IMG/VR virus record: IMGVR_UViG_3300045988_091556
DNA length: 47,477 bases
Source: a virus
Direction: 5' to 3' (one strand)
Numbering within the stretch: the first letter of the stretch is position 1; every line of letters begins with the position of its first letter. Of the stretch, positions 33,991-43,339 are shown one piece after another. The notes beneath the pieces are model-generated. The model searched no databases. It saw only the letters and a list, made by a program, of their open reading frames with translations, and had not been told where the DNA came from. Made by a program: the position numbers and the translations under genes.

Positions 33991-35315
33991 GAAACGAGGT
34001 TATTTTTGACGACCGGGGCCGCCCGGACATTCTGGTGGTATTTACGCCGGACGAGCTAAAGCTCCCGGACACATTAAAGGGCAGGAAGGTGAAGGAGTAC
34101 GCGATCAGCAAGTACCCCAACACCATGATTGACGGAAGGCCCTACTCTCTCCCCTTCATGCCTCCGGCCGTCAATGTCAATCACGACGAGGCGATCCGGC
34201 TCTGCGAGGCAAAAGGCCCCGGCTGGCACCTTATCACTAACGACGAGTGGGCGGCACTGGCCCGTCAGAGCTGGGAGAACGACACCGTGCCGACCGGAAA
34301 CACCAACAGCGGTAAAAGCCACAGCCACCCGGAGCAAAAAGGCACTACATACCAAAACAGCTACGGCAAAACGCTGGCAGGATCCGGCCCGATCGGGTGG
34401 AACCACGACCGGACAGCGGAAGGCGTGGCCGACATGGTGGGGAATGTCTGGGAACATGTCGGAGGCGTCCGCTTCCTTAACGGGCAGGTGCAGATCATAC
34501 CGAACAACGAAGCGGCAGCAGGCGCGGATCAGTCTCCAGACTCGAAAGAATGGACGGCGATCTATACGCCGGACGGGGATCCGGTTTACTACAACGTAAA
34601 AGACGGAGAGATCGTGCTGCAGCCAACCGCTCCAGAGGGGAAGGACTACGACGGCGTGCCGTTCTGCGATCTTCACGAGCGTGCAGACATGGACGTACCG
34701 GACAAGCTGATCGAGCTCGGCCTCTATCCTGCGCCCGGTTATGAAAGTGAGGAATATTTCTGGCTGGACACCGACGGCGAACGCTGCGTGTTTCGCGGGG
34801 GCGGCTGGAACGTCGGCACGTACGCAGGCGTGTTCTACCTCAGCGGCGACAGCTCCCGCTCCTTCTCCAACACGAACGTCGGCTTCCGCTCCGCTTTAGT
34901 CCGGTACTCTGGAGACTCTGGCGATCTGGATCATCTGGACGACGATCCCACCGACCTGAGCGGCGCACCGGATAAGCTCAAAGCCACGATCAAAGAAAAC
35001 GCCGATAAGCTGAACCAGAGAGACGAGGCGAAAAGCTGGCCCTTCCCTCTGCCGGAAACACTTCCGGGAGTCGTGAAGCTCATGCTCACCAAAGTGCTGA
35101 CGGAGATCTACACAGCCGCAGGCGGCAAGGATCTACTCACATTCGAGAAAATGGCATACAACGCCAGCGACGAAGAAATCAAGGAGACGCTGCGGATCGC
35201 TTCACAGCTGGCACAGCTCAACATAGCAGCCAACGCCATGAGGCAGGCGTTCGAGCAGACAAAGCTCGCCATGACAACCTCGATCACGATCAAAAAGGAG
35301 GGCGACCATGAATAA
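33987..35315 (+). CDS. DGR target protein 2 (paralogous C-type lectin / FGE-fold protein) with an internal VR2 and a helical C-terminal extension of about 140 aa
   Basis: ATG at 33987 follows AAAGGAG. GPGWHLITNDEWAALA, GNVWEHVGG, RCVFRGGGWNVGTYAGVFYLSGDSSRSFSNTNVGFRSA. The protein continues for about 140 aa after the VR. Confidence 0.85.
   Translation: MRNEVIFDDRGRPDILVVFTPDELKLPDTLKGRKVKEYAISKYPNTMIDGRPYSLPFMPPAVNVNHDEAIRLCEAKGPGWHLITNDEWAALARQSWENDTVPTGNTNSGKSHSHPEQKGTTYQNSYGKTLAGSGPIGWNHDRTAEGVADMVGNVWEHVGGVRFLNGQVQIIPNNEAAAGADQSPDSKEWTAIYTPDGDPVYYNVKDGEIVLQPTAPEGKDYDGVPFCDLHERADMDVPDKLIELGLYPAPGYESEEYFWLDTDGERCVFRGGGWNVGTYAGVFYLSGDSSRSFSNTNVGFRSALVRYSGDSGDLDHLDDDPTDLSGAPDKLKATIKENADKLNQRDEAKSWPFPLPETLPGVVKLMLTKVLTEIYTAAGGKDLLTFEKMAYNASDEEIKETLRIASQLAQLNIAANAMRQAFEQTKLAMTTSITIKKEGDHE
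34782..34895 (+). repeat. DGR variable repeat VR2 (remote)
   Basis: 114 nt aligned to TR 24908-25021 without gaps. There are 12 differences, all at TR adenines. Confidence 0.9.
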
Positions 35316-36045
35316 CCTCCGCGACATATTCCAGAGGTACGAGGCGGCCGTGTTCTTTGACACGGAAACGACCGGCCTCGACGCCAAAAGCTGCCGGATC
35401 ATTGAACTGGCGGCGATCCGGATCGAGAAGGCAACAGACGGATCCCTCATAGAAACCGACCGGGCCGACATGTTCATAAAGCTGCCGGAAGGCGAAAGGA
35501 TCCCGGACAAGATCGTGGAGCTGACCGGGATCACCGACGAAAGGCTCGCAGCCGAAGGCATACCAGAGGGAAACGCCGCGGCAGCCTTCGCAAATATGAT
35601 TTACAGCGGCCGGACGCTGCTTGTGGCTCACAATGCACAGTTTGATCTCCTGTTTGCCCGCGAAATGTTAAAACGCTTCACAGAGTTTTCAGAAAGCGGC
35701 GACATATTGAGCCCCTGCGACTATCTGGACAGCCTCACAGTTTACAAAGACCGCCGGGCATACCCGCATAAGCTGGCGAACGCGATCGCCGCCTATAAGC
35801 TGGAGGACAAAGTGAAGAACTCACACCGGGCGATCGACGACGTGGAGGCTCTGCTGGAAGTGTGCAAGGCCATGGACAACGAGCGGGCCGATCTGCTGAG
35901 CTATGTCAATGTGTTCGGATATAACCCGAAGTATGGAGTCACCGGCGACCGGCTCCCGCGTGTGACCTACTGGCCGCAGCATTTTAACGATTATATGCAG
36001 TCGCCGCACTACACTCTACCCGCACGAGTGAAAAGAAGGAGGTAA
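35308..36045 (+). CDS. DnaQ-like 3'-5' exonuclease (DNA polymerase III epsilon family)
   Basis: Exo I VFFDTETTGL, Exo II LVAHNAQFDLLF, Exo III HRAIDDVEAL. Confidence 0.85.
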   Translation: MNNLRDIFQRYEAAVFFDTETTGLDAKSCRIIELAAIRIEKATDGSLIETDRADMFIKLPEGERIPDKIVELTGITDERLAAEGIPEGNAAAAFANMIYSGRTLLVAHNAQFDLLFAREMLKRFTEFSESGDILSPCDYLDSLTVYKDRRAYPHKLANAIAAYKLEDKVKNSHRAIDDVEALLEVCKAMDNERADLLSYVNVFGYNPKYGVTGDRLPRVTYWPQHFNDYMQSPHYTLPARVKRRR

Positions 36046-36047
36046 AC

Positions 36048-36809
36048 ATGTACGCACAAAGCAAAAGGAGCGCCTACCCTCAACCTACCAAGCAACAGGG
36101 TACACGCTCCAGAAACCCGGCCAGAAATGGCCGAAAGTCTAAGCCTATTTTATACCGCCTGCGGAAAATTTGCAAGCGTTATAACTGGGCCCGGATCGGG
36201 GCGGCGCTCCTGATCCTCGGAGCGGCAGCCTCCACAGTATGGGGCGTGTCGCATTTACTTAACCGCGGCAGCGATACCGAAGCAGCCGCAGAAACCAGAG
36301 CCGCAGAGGCAGCCGTGGAGCCGGAAGGCTATATTTTCAAATACGGCGAAGGCTACGCGGTAGACATGGAGCAGCTTACAGCGGCATGGGCGTCGGAGGC
36401 TGGATTTGAAAAGCGCTACGAGCTGACCGACGACGAGAGGCTGGAGATCGCGCAGGTACTAACGGCAGAGGCCGACGGCGAACCCTTCGCCGGTAAGGTG
36501 GCCGTGGCCCAGTGCATACTACAGACATGCGAGGACACCGACATGCGGCCGCACGAAGTCCTCAGCATGTACTCGTATAGCAAAAGACGCCCGGAGCCCT
36601 CAGACGAGGCTCTGGAAGCCGTGGCGGCCGTGTTTGACTTCGGGCATGTGGCGACAACGGAGCCGATCAAATACTTTTATGCCCCCGCCCTGACCGACAG
36701 CGAGTGGCACGAGTCGCAGGCGTATGTAATGACAATCAACAATCACAAATTTTTCAAGGAGGCAGACCATGACGCAGGAAGCAGCGGAAACGAAACCGGC
36801 GGCCACTAA
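36048..36809 (+). CDS. Membrane-anchored cell wall hydrolase (SleB / Hydrolase_2-like)
   Basis: TM segment WARIGAALLILGAAASTVWGV. LTDDERLEIAQVLTAEADGEPFAGKVAVAQCILQ matches the Hydrolase_2 core. Confidence 0.65.
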   Translation: MYAQSKRSAYPQPTKQQGTRSRNPARNGRKSKPILYRLRKICKRYNWARIGAALLILGAAASTVWGVSHLLNRGSDTEAAAETRAAEAAVEPEGYIFKYGEGYAVDMEQLTAAWASEAGFEKRYELTDDERLEIAQVLTAEADGEPFAGKVAVAQCILQTCEDTDMRPHEVLSMYSYSKRRPEPSDEALEAVAAVFDFGHVATTEPIKYFYAPALTDSEWHESQAYVMTINNHKFFKEADHDAGSSGNETGGH

Positions 36810-37629
36810 GGCGACGGCAAAGAAAACGCCCCGGCCGAAGGCTCTCACTCTGCAACAGAAGCTTATCAAGCTCCGGGAGGCGATCCCGGCCATTGTAAAA
36901 GCGAAGCACTCGGAAGGCGTCGAGTATAAGTTTGCAAAGATCAGCGACGTGTACCGGCTGCTCACTCCGGCCATGAATGAGCATGGCGTCAACTTTGACA
37001 TTGTGGCCGAAACCGCCACCCGGCACACGCCGGAAGGCGATCCACTTTACTATCACCATTACACCATGAACGAGCGCGGCGTCCAGCGCACTGTCTGGGT
37101 GTATGAGGAAGATCTCACGATCCGCTGGACAAATGCGGACAACCCAGAGGACATTCTGGAGGTTACACTCCACGCGATCGGAACCAACGACGGCGGCCCG
37201 GACAAGGCCAAAGGCAGCGCTCTGACCTACTGCCTGAAATACTACCTTTTTGAGAAGTTCGGGATCGACCAAGGAGAGGACGATCCGGACATGAAAAACC
37301 TCACGGGAGCAGCGCAGGCTCAGCAGGCACAGCCACCGGCTCAAAATCAGGGCACAACGCCTCAGAACAGCCCGGCGGGCAGAAATACCCAGCAGGCAGG
37401 AAAACCCGCCTCAAACGGGCACACAGGGGCTCAGAAACCGCTCACCGACGCCCAGCTCTCCCGTATGTACCGGAAGGGTGAGGACGTGGGCTACACACAG
37501 CAGCAGATTGACGACCGGATCCGGCAGAAATACGGACAGCAGGATCCCCACCTGCTGACGCGGGCGCAGTATGACGAGATCTGTAATTCACTGGACGCAG
37601 CAAGAAGGCAAGGACAAGGAGGAAACTAA
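36769..37629 (+). CDS. erf: ERF-family single-strand annealing recombinase
   Basis: YKFAKISDVYRLLTPAMNEHGV...DKAKGSALTYCLKYYLFEKFGI is the ERF signature. Confidence 0.8.
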   Translation: MTQEAAETKPAATKATAKKTPRPKALTLQQKLIKLREAIPAIVKAKHSEGVEYKFAKISDVYRLLTPAMNEHGVNFDIVAETATRHTPEGDPLYYHHYTMNERGVQRTVWVYEEDLTIRWTNADNPEDILEVTLHAIGTNDGGPDKAKGSALTYCLKYYLFEKFGIDQGEDDPDMKNLTGAAQAQQAQPPAQNQGTTPQNSPAGRNTQQAGKPASNGHTGAQKPLTDAQLSRMYRKGEDVGYTQQQIDDRIRQKYGQQDPHLLTRAQYDEICNSLDAARRQGQGGN

Positions 37630-37630
37630 A

Positions 37631-38044
37631 ATGTTTAACCATGTGGGCCTTTTAGGCCGTCTGGCTCAGGAGCCGGAAATCAGATACACCACCGGAGGCA
37701 CCCCGGTAGCACGCTTCGATCTGGCCGTGCCGGTGCCGAGCAAAAAGAAGGACACCACTCCCGACTATATCCCCGTTGTCTGCTGGGATAAATGGGCCGA
37801 TTTTTGCGGGAAGTACCTCACCAAAGGGCGGCAGGTAGTCGTCGAGGGCCGGATCACGACGAGGAAATGGCAGGACAATGACGGGAAACACCGCAAAGCG
37901 GTAGAGGTTACGGCCTCCCGTATCTACTTTGCAGACAGCAACTACGAGGGAGGCGGTACAAATGGCAACGCACAGCAGACAGACGCCGGGGACGGCTTCA
38001 TGTCGATCCCGGACGGCGTGGACGACGAGCTCCCGTTTAATTGA
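37631..38044 (+). CDS. ssb: Single-stranded DNA-binding protein
   Basis: MFNHVGLLGRLAQEPEIRYTTGGTPVARFDLAV is an OB fold. Gly-rich linker and acidic tail DDELPFN. Confidence 0.9.
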   Translation: MFNHVGLLGRLAQEPEIRYTTGGTPVARFDLAVPVPSKKKDTTPDYIPVVCWDKWADFCGKYLTKGRQVVVEGRITTRKWQDNDGKHRKAVEVTASRIYFADSNYEGGGTNGNAQQTDAGDGFMSIPDGVDDELPFN

Positions 38045-38121
38045 CCGGAGGGCGACCGCCGGACAGACCGGAGAACATACAGAAACAAGCCGAAAGGCGA
38101 CCGTGAAAGGAGGTGCTCACA

Positions 38122-39027
38122 GTGGCATGGATCCAAGTCCACCAACAACTTAAAGATCACAGAAAGCTGCTGGCGGCTGCCGACGAGCTGGAGATTGAAC
38201 CGCCTCACATGCTGGGCCTTCTGACTTCCTTCTGGCTCTGGGCGCTGGACAACGCACCCAGCGGCTCGCTGGAAGGGATAAGCAACAGGAACATAGCGCG
38301 AGCGGCTCAATGGAACAAGGAGCCGGACACCTTCGTGGAAGCCATGAAAAGCGCCGGTTTTCTGGACATAACCGAGGACGGAACGCTGGAGATCCACGAC
38401 TGGTACGAGTATGCCGGTAAGCTGATCGACCAGCGGGAAGCAGAGAAACAGAGATCCCGGAGACGCCGCGCTGCTGCTGCCGCCGACCGCAGGACGACCG
38501 ACGGACAGACCGAAGGACAGCCAGCGGGCAAACCGGGAAACAGCCAGAGAGAAACCGCAGGCAGAGTAGACCAGACTACACCAGACCAGACTACACCAGA
38601 GAAAGAAAGTGAAACGCTTGACAGCGTTTTGTCTGCGGGGCCGACTCCCTTCCAGCAGATCGTTGACATGTATCACGAAACCTGCACAAGCTACCCGGTT
38701 TTGAGAAAAATCAGCGCAAACCGGAAAAAGGCGATCGCTGCCCGCTGGAAGGAATACGGGCAAGACCTGAGTATCTTCCGGGAGCTATTCGAGAAAGCCG
38801 AAGCCTCCCCCTTCCTGAAAGGCAGGAATGACCGGAACTGGACGGCTGACTTTAACTGGCTGATGAACTCCGGGAACATGGCGAAGGTACTCGAAGGCAA
38901 ATACGCCGACAACCGGCAGCAGGCACCCGGAAAGCCACAAGCGCAGCCGGATCGCCCCGGACGAGTCAACACCATGGACGTGCTGGCCGGTATTATCGCA
39001 GACGAGGAAGGAGGCGGCAGCTTATGA
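38122..39027 (+). CDS. Replisome organizer / replication initiator (DnaD-like)
   Basis: GTG 8 nt after GGAGG. Helical N-terminal domain, low-complexity linker with repeats, and C-terminal ISANRKKAIAARWKEY...NWTADFNWLM, typical of phage replication organizers. Confidence 0.55.
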   Translation: MAWIQVHQQLKDHRKLLAAADELEIEPPHMLGLLTSFWLWALDNAPSGSLEGISNRNIARAAQWNKEPDTFVEAMKSAGFLDITEDGTLEIHDWYEYAGKLIDQREAEKQRSRRRRAAAAADRRTTDGQTEGQPAGKPGNSQRETAGRVDQTTPDQTTPEKESETLDSVLSAGPTPFQQIVDMYHETCTSYPVLRKISANRKKAIAARWKEYGQDLSIFRELFEKAEASPFLKGRNDRNWTADFNWLMNSGNMAKVLEGKYADNRQQAPGKPQAQPDRPGRVNTMDVLAGIIADEEGGGSL

Positions 39028-39707
39028 CGAAAAAGGACGCAGCTCAGCTTGTGGCGATCGTCGTTACCGCCTACCCGAACTATGACAAATTCAGGGACGC
39101 CGACAGCGTAAAGGCCACCGTGAGCCTCTGGGCTATGATGTTTGAGGACGTGGACGCCCCTCTGGTGGCACTGGCCGTCAAAAAGCACATAGCGACAAGC
39201 AAGTGGCCGCCCAGTGTGGCAGAGCTCCGGGAAATCCTTCTGGAGATCGCACACCCGGATCTCATAGCGCCGGATCAGGCATGGCTCGCAGTCAGCGATC
39301 TGCTCTACTCCGTCGGTGAATTTAACCACGGAGATCTAAAGCAGCAGCTCCCGCCCCTCGTGGCCCGCGCCGTGGAGTCGATCGGCTGGAACAACCTCTG
39401 GGAAATGCACCGGGGACACTGGGGAGGCGGCAAGCCCGGCATGGATCGGGTGGCCTTCATGCAGCAGTACACGCCCATGTACGAGCGGGAAAAGGCCAGA
39501 GACATGACACCGGGAGAGCTGACAACGCAGATCGACGCCGTGGCCGCCTCTCTGCCGGACAAAGGGCAGAAAAAGCTCGCAGACCGGGAAAGCGACCGAA
39601 GGAAGCGCGAACAGTATTACGCCTCTCTTTCTGGCTGGAACCGCCGGGAGGCTCTGGCTGCCGCGGATCCGCTGGCGCTGGAAGCCGGGGAGGTGAGCAA
39701 CACATGA
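39024..39707 (+). CDS. Helicase loader-like protein (SPP1 G39P family-like)
   Basis: N-terminal KKDAAQLVAIVVTAYPNYDKF resembles the G39P loader N-terminus. Follows the replisome organizer. Confidence 0.45.
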   Translation: MTKKDAAQLVAIVVTAYPNYDKFRDADSVKATVSLWAMMFEDVDAPLVALAVKKHIATSKWPPSVAELREILLEIAHPDLIAPDQAWLAVSDLLYSVGEFNHGDLKQQLPPLVARAVESIGWNNLWEMHRGHWGGGKPGMDRVAFMQQYTPMYEREKARDMTPGELTTQIDAVAASLPDKGQKKLADRESDRRKREQYYASLSGWNRREALAAADPLALEAGEVSNT

Positions 39708-40603
39708 ACAAGATCATAAACTCCGACGCGCTGGAGGCACTGAGAACGCTCCCGGACTCCTGCTGCCGCACCTGCATAACCTCGCCGCCCTACTACGGGC
39801 TGAGAGACTACGGCGCAGACGGACAGATCGGGCTCGAAGATACGCCGGATCAGTACATTGAGAACCTCGTGAAGATCTTCCGGGAAGTACGCAGAGTCCT
39901 GAATGACGACGGCACCCTCTGGGTGAATATCGGGGACAGCTACACGCAGAAAAACCTTAACGGGATCCCGTGGCTGCTGGCCTTCGCCCTCCGATCGGAC
40001 GGCTGGTATCTCCGTTCGGACATTATCTGGCAGAAACCCAACGCCATGCCGGAAAGCGCAAAGGACAGGCCGACACGAGCACACGAGTACATTTTTCTAC
40101 TAAGCAAAAGCTCACGCTACTACTACGACGCCGAGGCAGTGAAAGAGCCAGCCGTTGGATTTTATAATGCTGCGCCAGCCGGAAGCGCCGGAACGGGAAA
40201 ACCAAACGCCAGAAGGCGCGGAAACTCCCGGACGTTTAGGGGCGGCGGTGCCTACACCCACGACCGGGCGCAAAACAATAGTGCCTCCGTGAAGCGGGAA
40301 AGCCACGGGCTCGCTCCCAACGAAAGTGGGAAAAGAAACCGGCGCAGCGTTTGGACAGTAGCCACCCGGCCGTATAAGGGCGCACACTTCGCCACATACC
40401 CGGAGGAGCTCGTGAGGCCGTGCATATTAGCGGGAAGCAGGCCCGGCGACACTGTTCTGGATCCCTTCGCAGGAAGCGGCACCACAGGGGCCGTAGCCGC
40501 GCAGGAAGGCCGAAACTTTATCGGGATAGAGATCAACCCGGACTATTGCGAAATTATCAGGCAGAGACTCGACGCCTGCTGCCGGAAAGGAGCGGCTACA
40601 TGA
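39704..40603 (+). CDS. DNA methyltransferase, beta-class (N4-C or N6-A), SPPY motif
   Basis: Motif IV CITSPPYYGL precedes motif I DPFAGSGTTGAVA. Confidence 0.85.
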   Translation: MNKIINSDALEALRTLPDSCCRTCITSPPYYGLRDYGADGQIGLEDTPDQYIENLVKIFREVRRVLNDDGTLWVNIGDSYTQKNLNGIPWLLAFALRSDGWYLRSDIIWQKPNAMPESAKDRPTRAHEYIFLLSKSSRYYYDAEAVKEPAVGFYNAAPAGSAGTGKPNARRRGNSRTFRGGGAYTHDRAQNNSASVKRESHGLAPNESGKRNRRSVWTVATRPYKGAHFATYPEELVRPCILAGSRPGDTVLDPFAGSGTTGAVAAQEGRNFIGIEINPDYCEIIRQRLDACCRKGAAT

Positions 40604-41151
40604 AAGCATATATGCCAGAAGAAAACGGCCCGAACTGGTGGCGAGATATACCGGGCTACGGAGGAAAATATCAAGTAAACCGACTCGGAGAGATCCGGAG
40701 AGTTTTCCCCTCCGGCTCGGTAAGGGACATGACACCATACAAAAAGAGCGGAGCAAAGCACAAGAAAATTCTAAGAAATAGGCTTTTCGTTAAACTGACG
40801 GGCGAAAACGGAAGCAAAGAAGTGGCCGTACTTAAAATCGTAGCTGGAGCATGGCACGGCCCCACACCTTCGGGAATGGTGCCATACCATAAAAACGGCA
40901 TTGTAACGGATAACCGAGCCGAAAATATCGGATTTATAGATAAACAAACACTCGGAAGGAATACCGGACACATGGCCGAAAAAAGAAGGACGGTATTCAA
41001 AATTAACACCTCCGGCGAAGTTGTAGAGATATACAGATCCGCACGAGAAGCCGCAAAAGCTAATCACATGAGTTATCAGGCGGTACTCGACCGCTGCAAC
41101 GGCAAAGTGAAAAAATCCTTTTGCGCTGGACGGCCACACCTACCAATTTGA
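40600..41151 (+). CDS. HNH homing endonuclease (NUMOD4 + HNH_3), with an apparently frameshifted 3' end
   Basis: WWRDIPGYGGKYQVNRLGEIRR (NUMOD4) and HKNGIVTDNRAENI (HNH). ATGA overlap with the upstream gene. See the finding on the A6 run at 41110. Confidence 0.75.
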   Translation: MKAYMPEENGPNWWRDIPGYGGKYQVNRLGEIRRVFPSGSVRDMTPYKKSGAKHKKILRNRLFVKLTGENGSKEVAVLKIVAGAWHGPTPSGMVPYHKNGIVTDNRAENIGFIDKQTLGRNTGHMAEKRRTVFKINTSGEVVEIYRSAREAAKANHMSYQAVLDRCNGKVKKSFCAGRPHLPI

Positions 41152-41187
41152 GGACGAAAAGCCCGGAAGGAAGAAAGGAGCCAAACC

Positions 41188-41718
41188 ATGAGAAACAGGC
41201 TTATATATATCTGTTCCCCTCTCCGCGGGGACATTGAAAAGAACATACAAAAGGCGCAGGGCTACTGCCGGGAGGCGGTGGAACTTTGGCTGGACGTGAT
41301 ACCGATCGCGCCGCATGTCTACTGCACCCAGTTTCTTGACGACACCATACCGCAGGAGCGGGAGGCAGGCATGGAGCTGGGGATCGCGCTGCTGGACATG
41401 TGCGACGAGCTCTGGGTGTACGGCATAAACAATCCGAGCGAAGGCATGAAAAAGGAAATCGCCTACGCCAAAGAACACGGGATCCCGGTAAAAGACGCCG
41501 CCGATCTCTATCGCCTCCGGGAGCAGGAGGGAAACCGGCAGGAGGACAAAGAGCTGGGCGACGCCCTTCTCGTCCTTCCTACCCACACCGGAGCAATAAA
41601 TGGAGTCGCCGCCTTTGAGTCCACCACCGTGCGGATCAGCGGAGAGGTGATCGTCGAGCTGGCAGCAGAGCTCAGACGAAACCGCGGCCACGACATCACC
41701 GTGGAGGCTGAGGCGTGA
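41188..41718 (+). CDS. DUF4406 / nucleoside 2-deoxyribosyltransferase-like protein
   Basis: IYICSPLRGD...IAPHVY...CDELWVYG...SEGMKKEIAYAKEHG matches the DUF4406 pattern. Confidence 0.6.
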   Translation: MRNRLIYICSPLRGDIEKNIQKAQGYCREAVELWLDVIPIAPHVYCTQFLDDTIPQEREAGMELGIALLDMCDELWVYGINNPSEGMKKEIAYAKEHGIPVKDAADLYRLREQEGNRQEDKELGDALLVLPTHTGAINGVAAFESTTVRISGEVIVELAAELRRNRGHDITVEAEA

Positions 41719-42323
41719 GCTGGGACTATGTGCCGGGCAAAAATGCGGAGGGCTATCCGGATCCAACTGCTGCCGCTGCCCTCTCAAATGTCCAGCGCAG
41801 CCAGCGGGGGCTCCAGAGCAAGCGAGCGGGCGAACACTTCGAGAACATGATCGCCGCAAGCCTCGGCTGGTATAAAGATAAGGGCGTGGCTTTCATTGAA
41901 AAGACGCCGGAGCCCATGCGACCGCTCAGACCGCCAAACCGGCAGGGGCAGTTTCTCGCCTGCTATACCAAAGCGGGACAACCGGATTTTAAGGGAACCC
42001 TCACCGGCGGCCGGGCCGTGGTATTCGAGGCAAAGCACACGGACAGCGACCGGATCGAGTACAACCGGCTGACACCAGAGCAGCTGAGCAGCCTCGCAGA
42101 GCATGACCGCCTCGGAGCTGCCGCCTTTATCCTTGTAAGCGTCGAGCTTCAAGACTTCTACCGGGTGCCGTGGGGCGTGTGGCGGGATATGCGGAAACTA
42201 TACGGACATAAACACATGAACAAGGCAGAGCTCGAACCCTTCCGGGTGCAGTATATCGCCGGAGTGCTCAAACTGCTGGAGGGCATAGAGCTGGAATATG
42301 GGGAGCAGGAGGAAACAGTATGA
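41715..42323 (+). CDS. recU: RecU-like Holliday junction resolvase
   Basis: GEHFENMI...KTPEPMRPL...QPDFKGTLTGGRAVVFEAKHT...AAAFILVSV follows the RecU layout. Confidence 0.65.
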   Translation: MSWDYVPGKNAEGYPDPTAAAALSNVQRSQRGLQSKRAGEHFENMIAASLGWYKDKGVAFIEKTPEPMRPLRPPNRQGQFLACYTKAGQPDFKGTLTGGRAVVFEAKHTDSDRIEYNRLTPEQLSSLAEHDRLGAAAFILVSVELQDFYRVPWGVWRDMRKLYGHKHMNKAELEPFRVQYIAGVLKLLEGIELEYGEQEETV

Positions 42324-42580
42324 ACTTTGAAAGAAAATGGTGCCATGAGTGCAGCGGGATCCAGCTTTTCGGGGAGCATAAAGGGAAAGCGTGCTGCAGC
42401 GCTATGAGCCGGATCCTGAAAAACCGGGAAACCGGCGAACCGATCCGGGCCTACATGGATAAGGAAACCACCCGGAACATGTGCAGAAATCTGGGCGAAG
42501 GCTGCCCGATCCTCACGCTGGCAGAGGCAACAGAGACACAATGCGGCCCGGCGGTACACATGGCGGCCGTGAAGGCATAA
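42320..42580 (+). CDS. Hypothetical Cys-rich protein
   Basis: 86 aa, RBS present, CHEC...CC...C pattern. Confidence 0.4.
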   Translation: MNFERKWCHECSGIQLFGEHKGKACCSAMSRILKNRETGEPIRAYMDKETTRNMCRNLGEGCPILTLAEATETQCGPAVHMAAVKA

Positions 42581-42595
42581 GAAAGGAGCGCAGAC

Positions 42596-43339
42596 ATGAA
42601 CGGAGCACTATTAAGCAGCAAAAACATGGGCTGGTGTACTCCGGCCGACTTTTTCAGCGAGCTGGATCAGGAGTTTCATTTTAACCTCGATCCGGCCGCC
42701 ACCGATAAAAGCGCTAAGTGCGCGAGATATTTTACACCGGCCGACGACGGCCTGAAAGCGGACTGGGGGGGGTGTCGCGTGTTCTGTAATCCGCCCTACG
42801 GCCGCCAGATCACAGACTGGGTGCGGAAGGGCTACGAGGAAAGCAAGAAACCCGGAACTCTCGTGGTAATGCTCATACCGGCCCGCACGGACACGTCCTA
42901 CTTCCACGACTACATATTCCACGGAAAAGCCGACGAGGTGCGCTTTATCCGCGGGAGGCTCACATTCACGGACGAGGACGGGCACCCGACCAAAGACGCC
43001 AAAGGGAGGCCGTGCTCCGCTCCCTTCCCTTCGGCCGTCGTGATCTGGCGCAGCAAGGACGTGGCCCAGAGCCTCCGGGACATGGTGCTGGATTTAATAA
43101 AGGGCAGGGACATGACCGCGAACGAGATCGCCGCCACCCTGTCAGACAGGGGGCAGCAGGTAAGCCGCAGCGACGTAGGCCCGATCCTAACCAAAGCGCA
43201 GGCGGCTGGACTGATAAGAAACGCCGGAAAGCGTGATTGCAGCGTGACGGGGCGCTCTGCTATCGCATGGAAGGCAGAAAAGGAGGTATTTCATGGGAAC
43301 AAACCAAACCACAAAGGAAACCCGGCGGGCGAGCTATGA
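42596..43339 (+). CDS. dam: Phage Dam-type N6-adenine DNA methyltransferase with a C-terminal winged-helix-like extension
   Basis: WCTPADFFSELDQEFHFNLDPAA...VFCNPPYG...MLIPARTDTSYFH is the phage Dam_MT (PF05869-type) signature. Confidence 0.85.
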   Translation: MNGALLSSKNMGWCTPADFFSELDQEFHFNLDPAATDKSAKCARYFTPADDGLKADWGGCRVFCNPPYGRQITDWVRKGYEESKKPGTLVVMLIPARTDTSYFHDYIFHGKADEVRFIRGRLTFTDEDGHPTKDAKGRPCSAPFPSAVVIWRSKDVAQSLRDMVLDLIKGRDMTANEIAATLSDRGQQVSRSDVGPILTKAQAAGLIRNAGKRDCSVTGRSAIAWKAEKEVFHGNKPNHKGNPAGEL

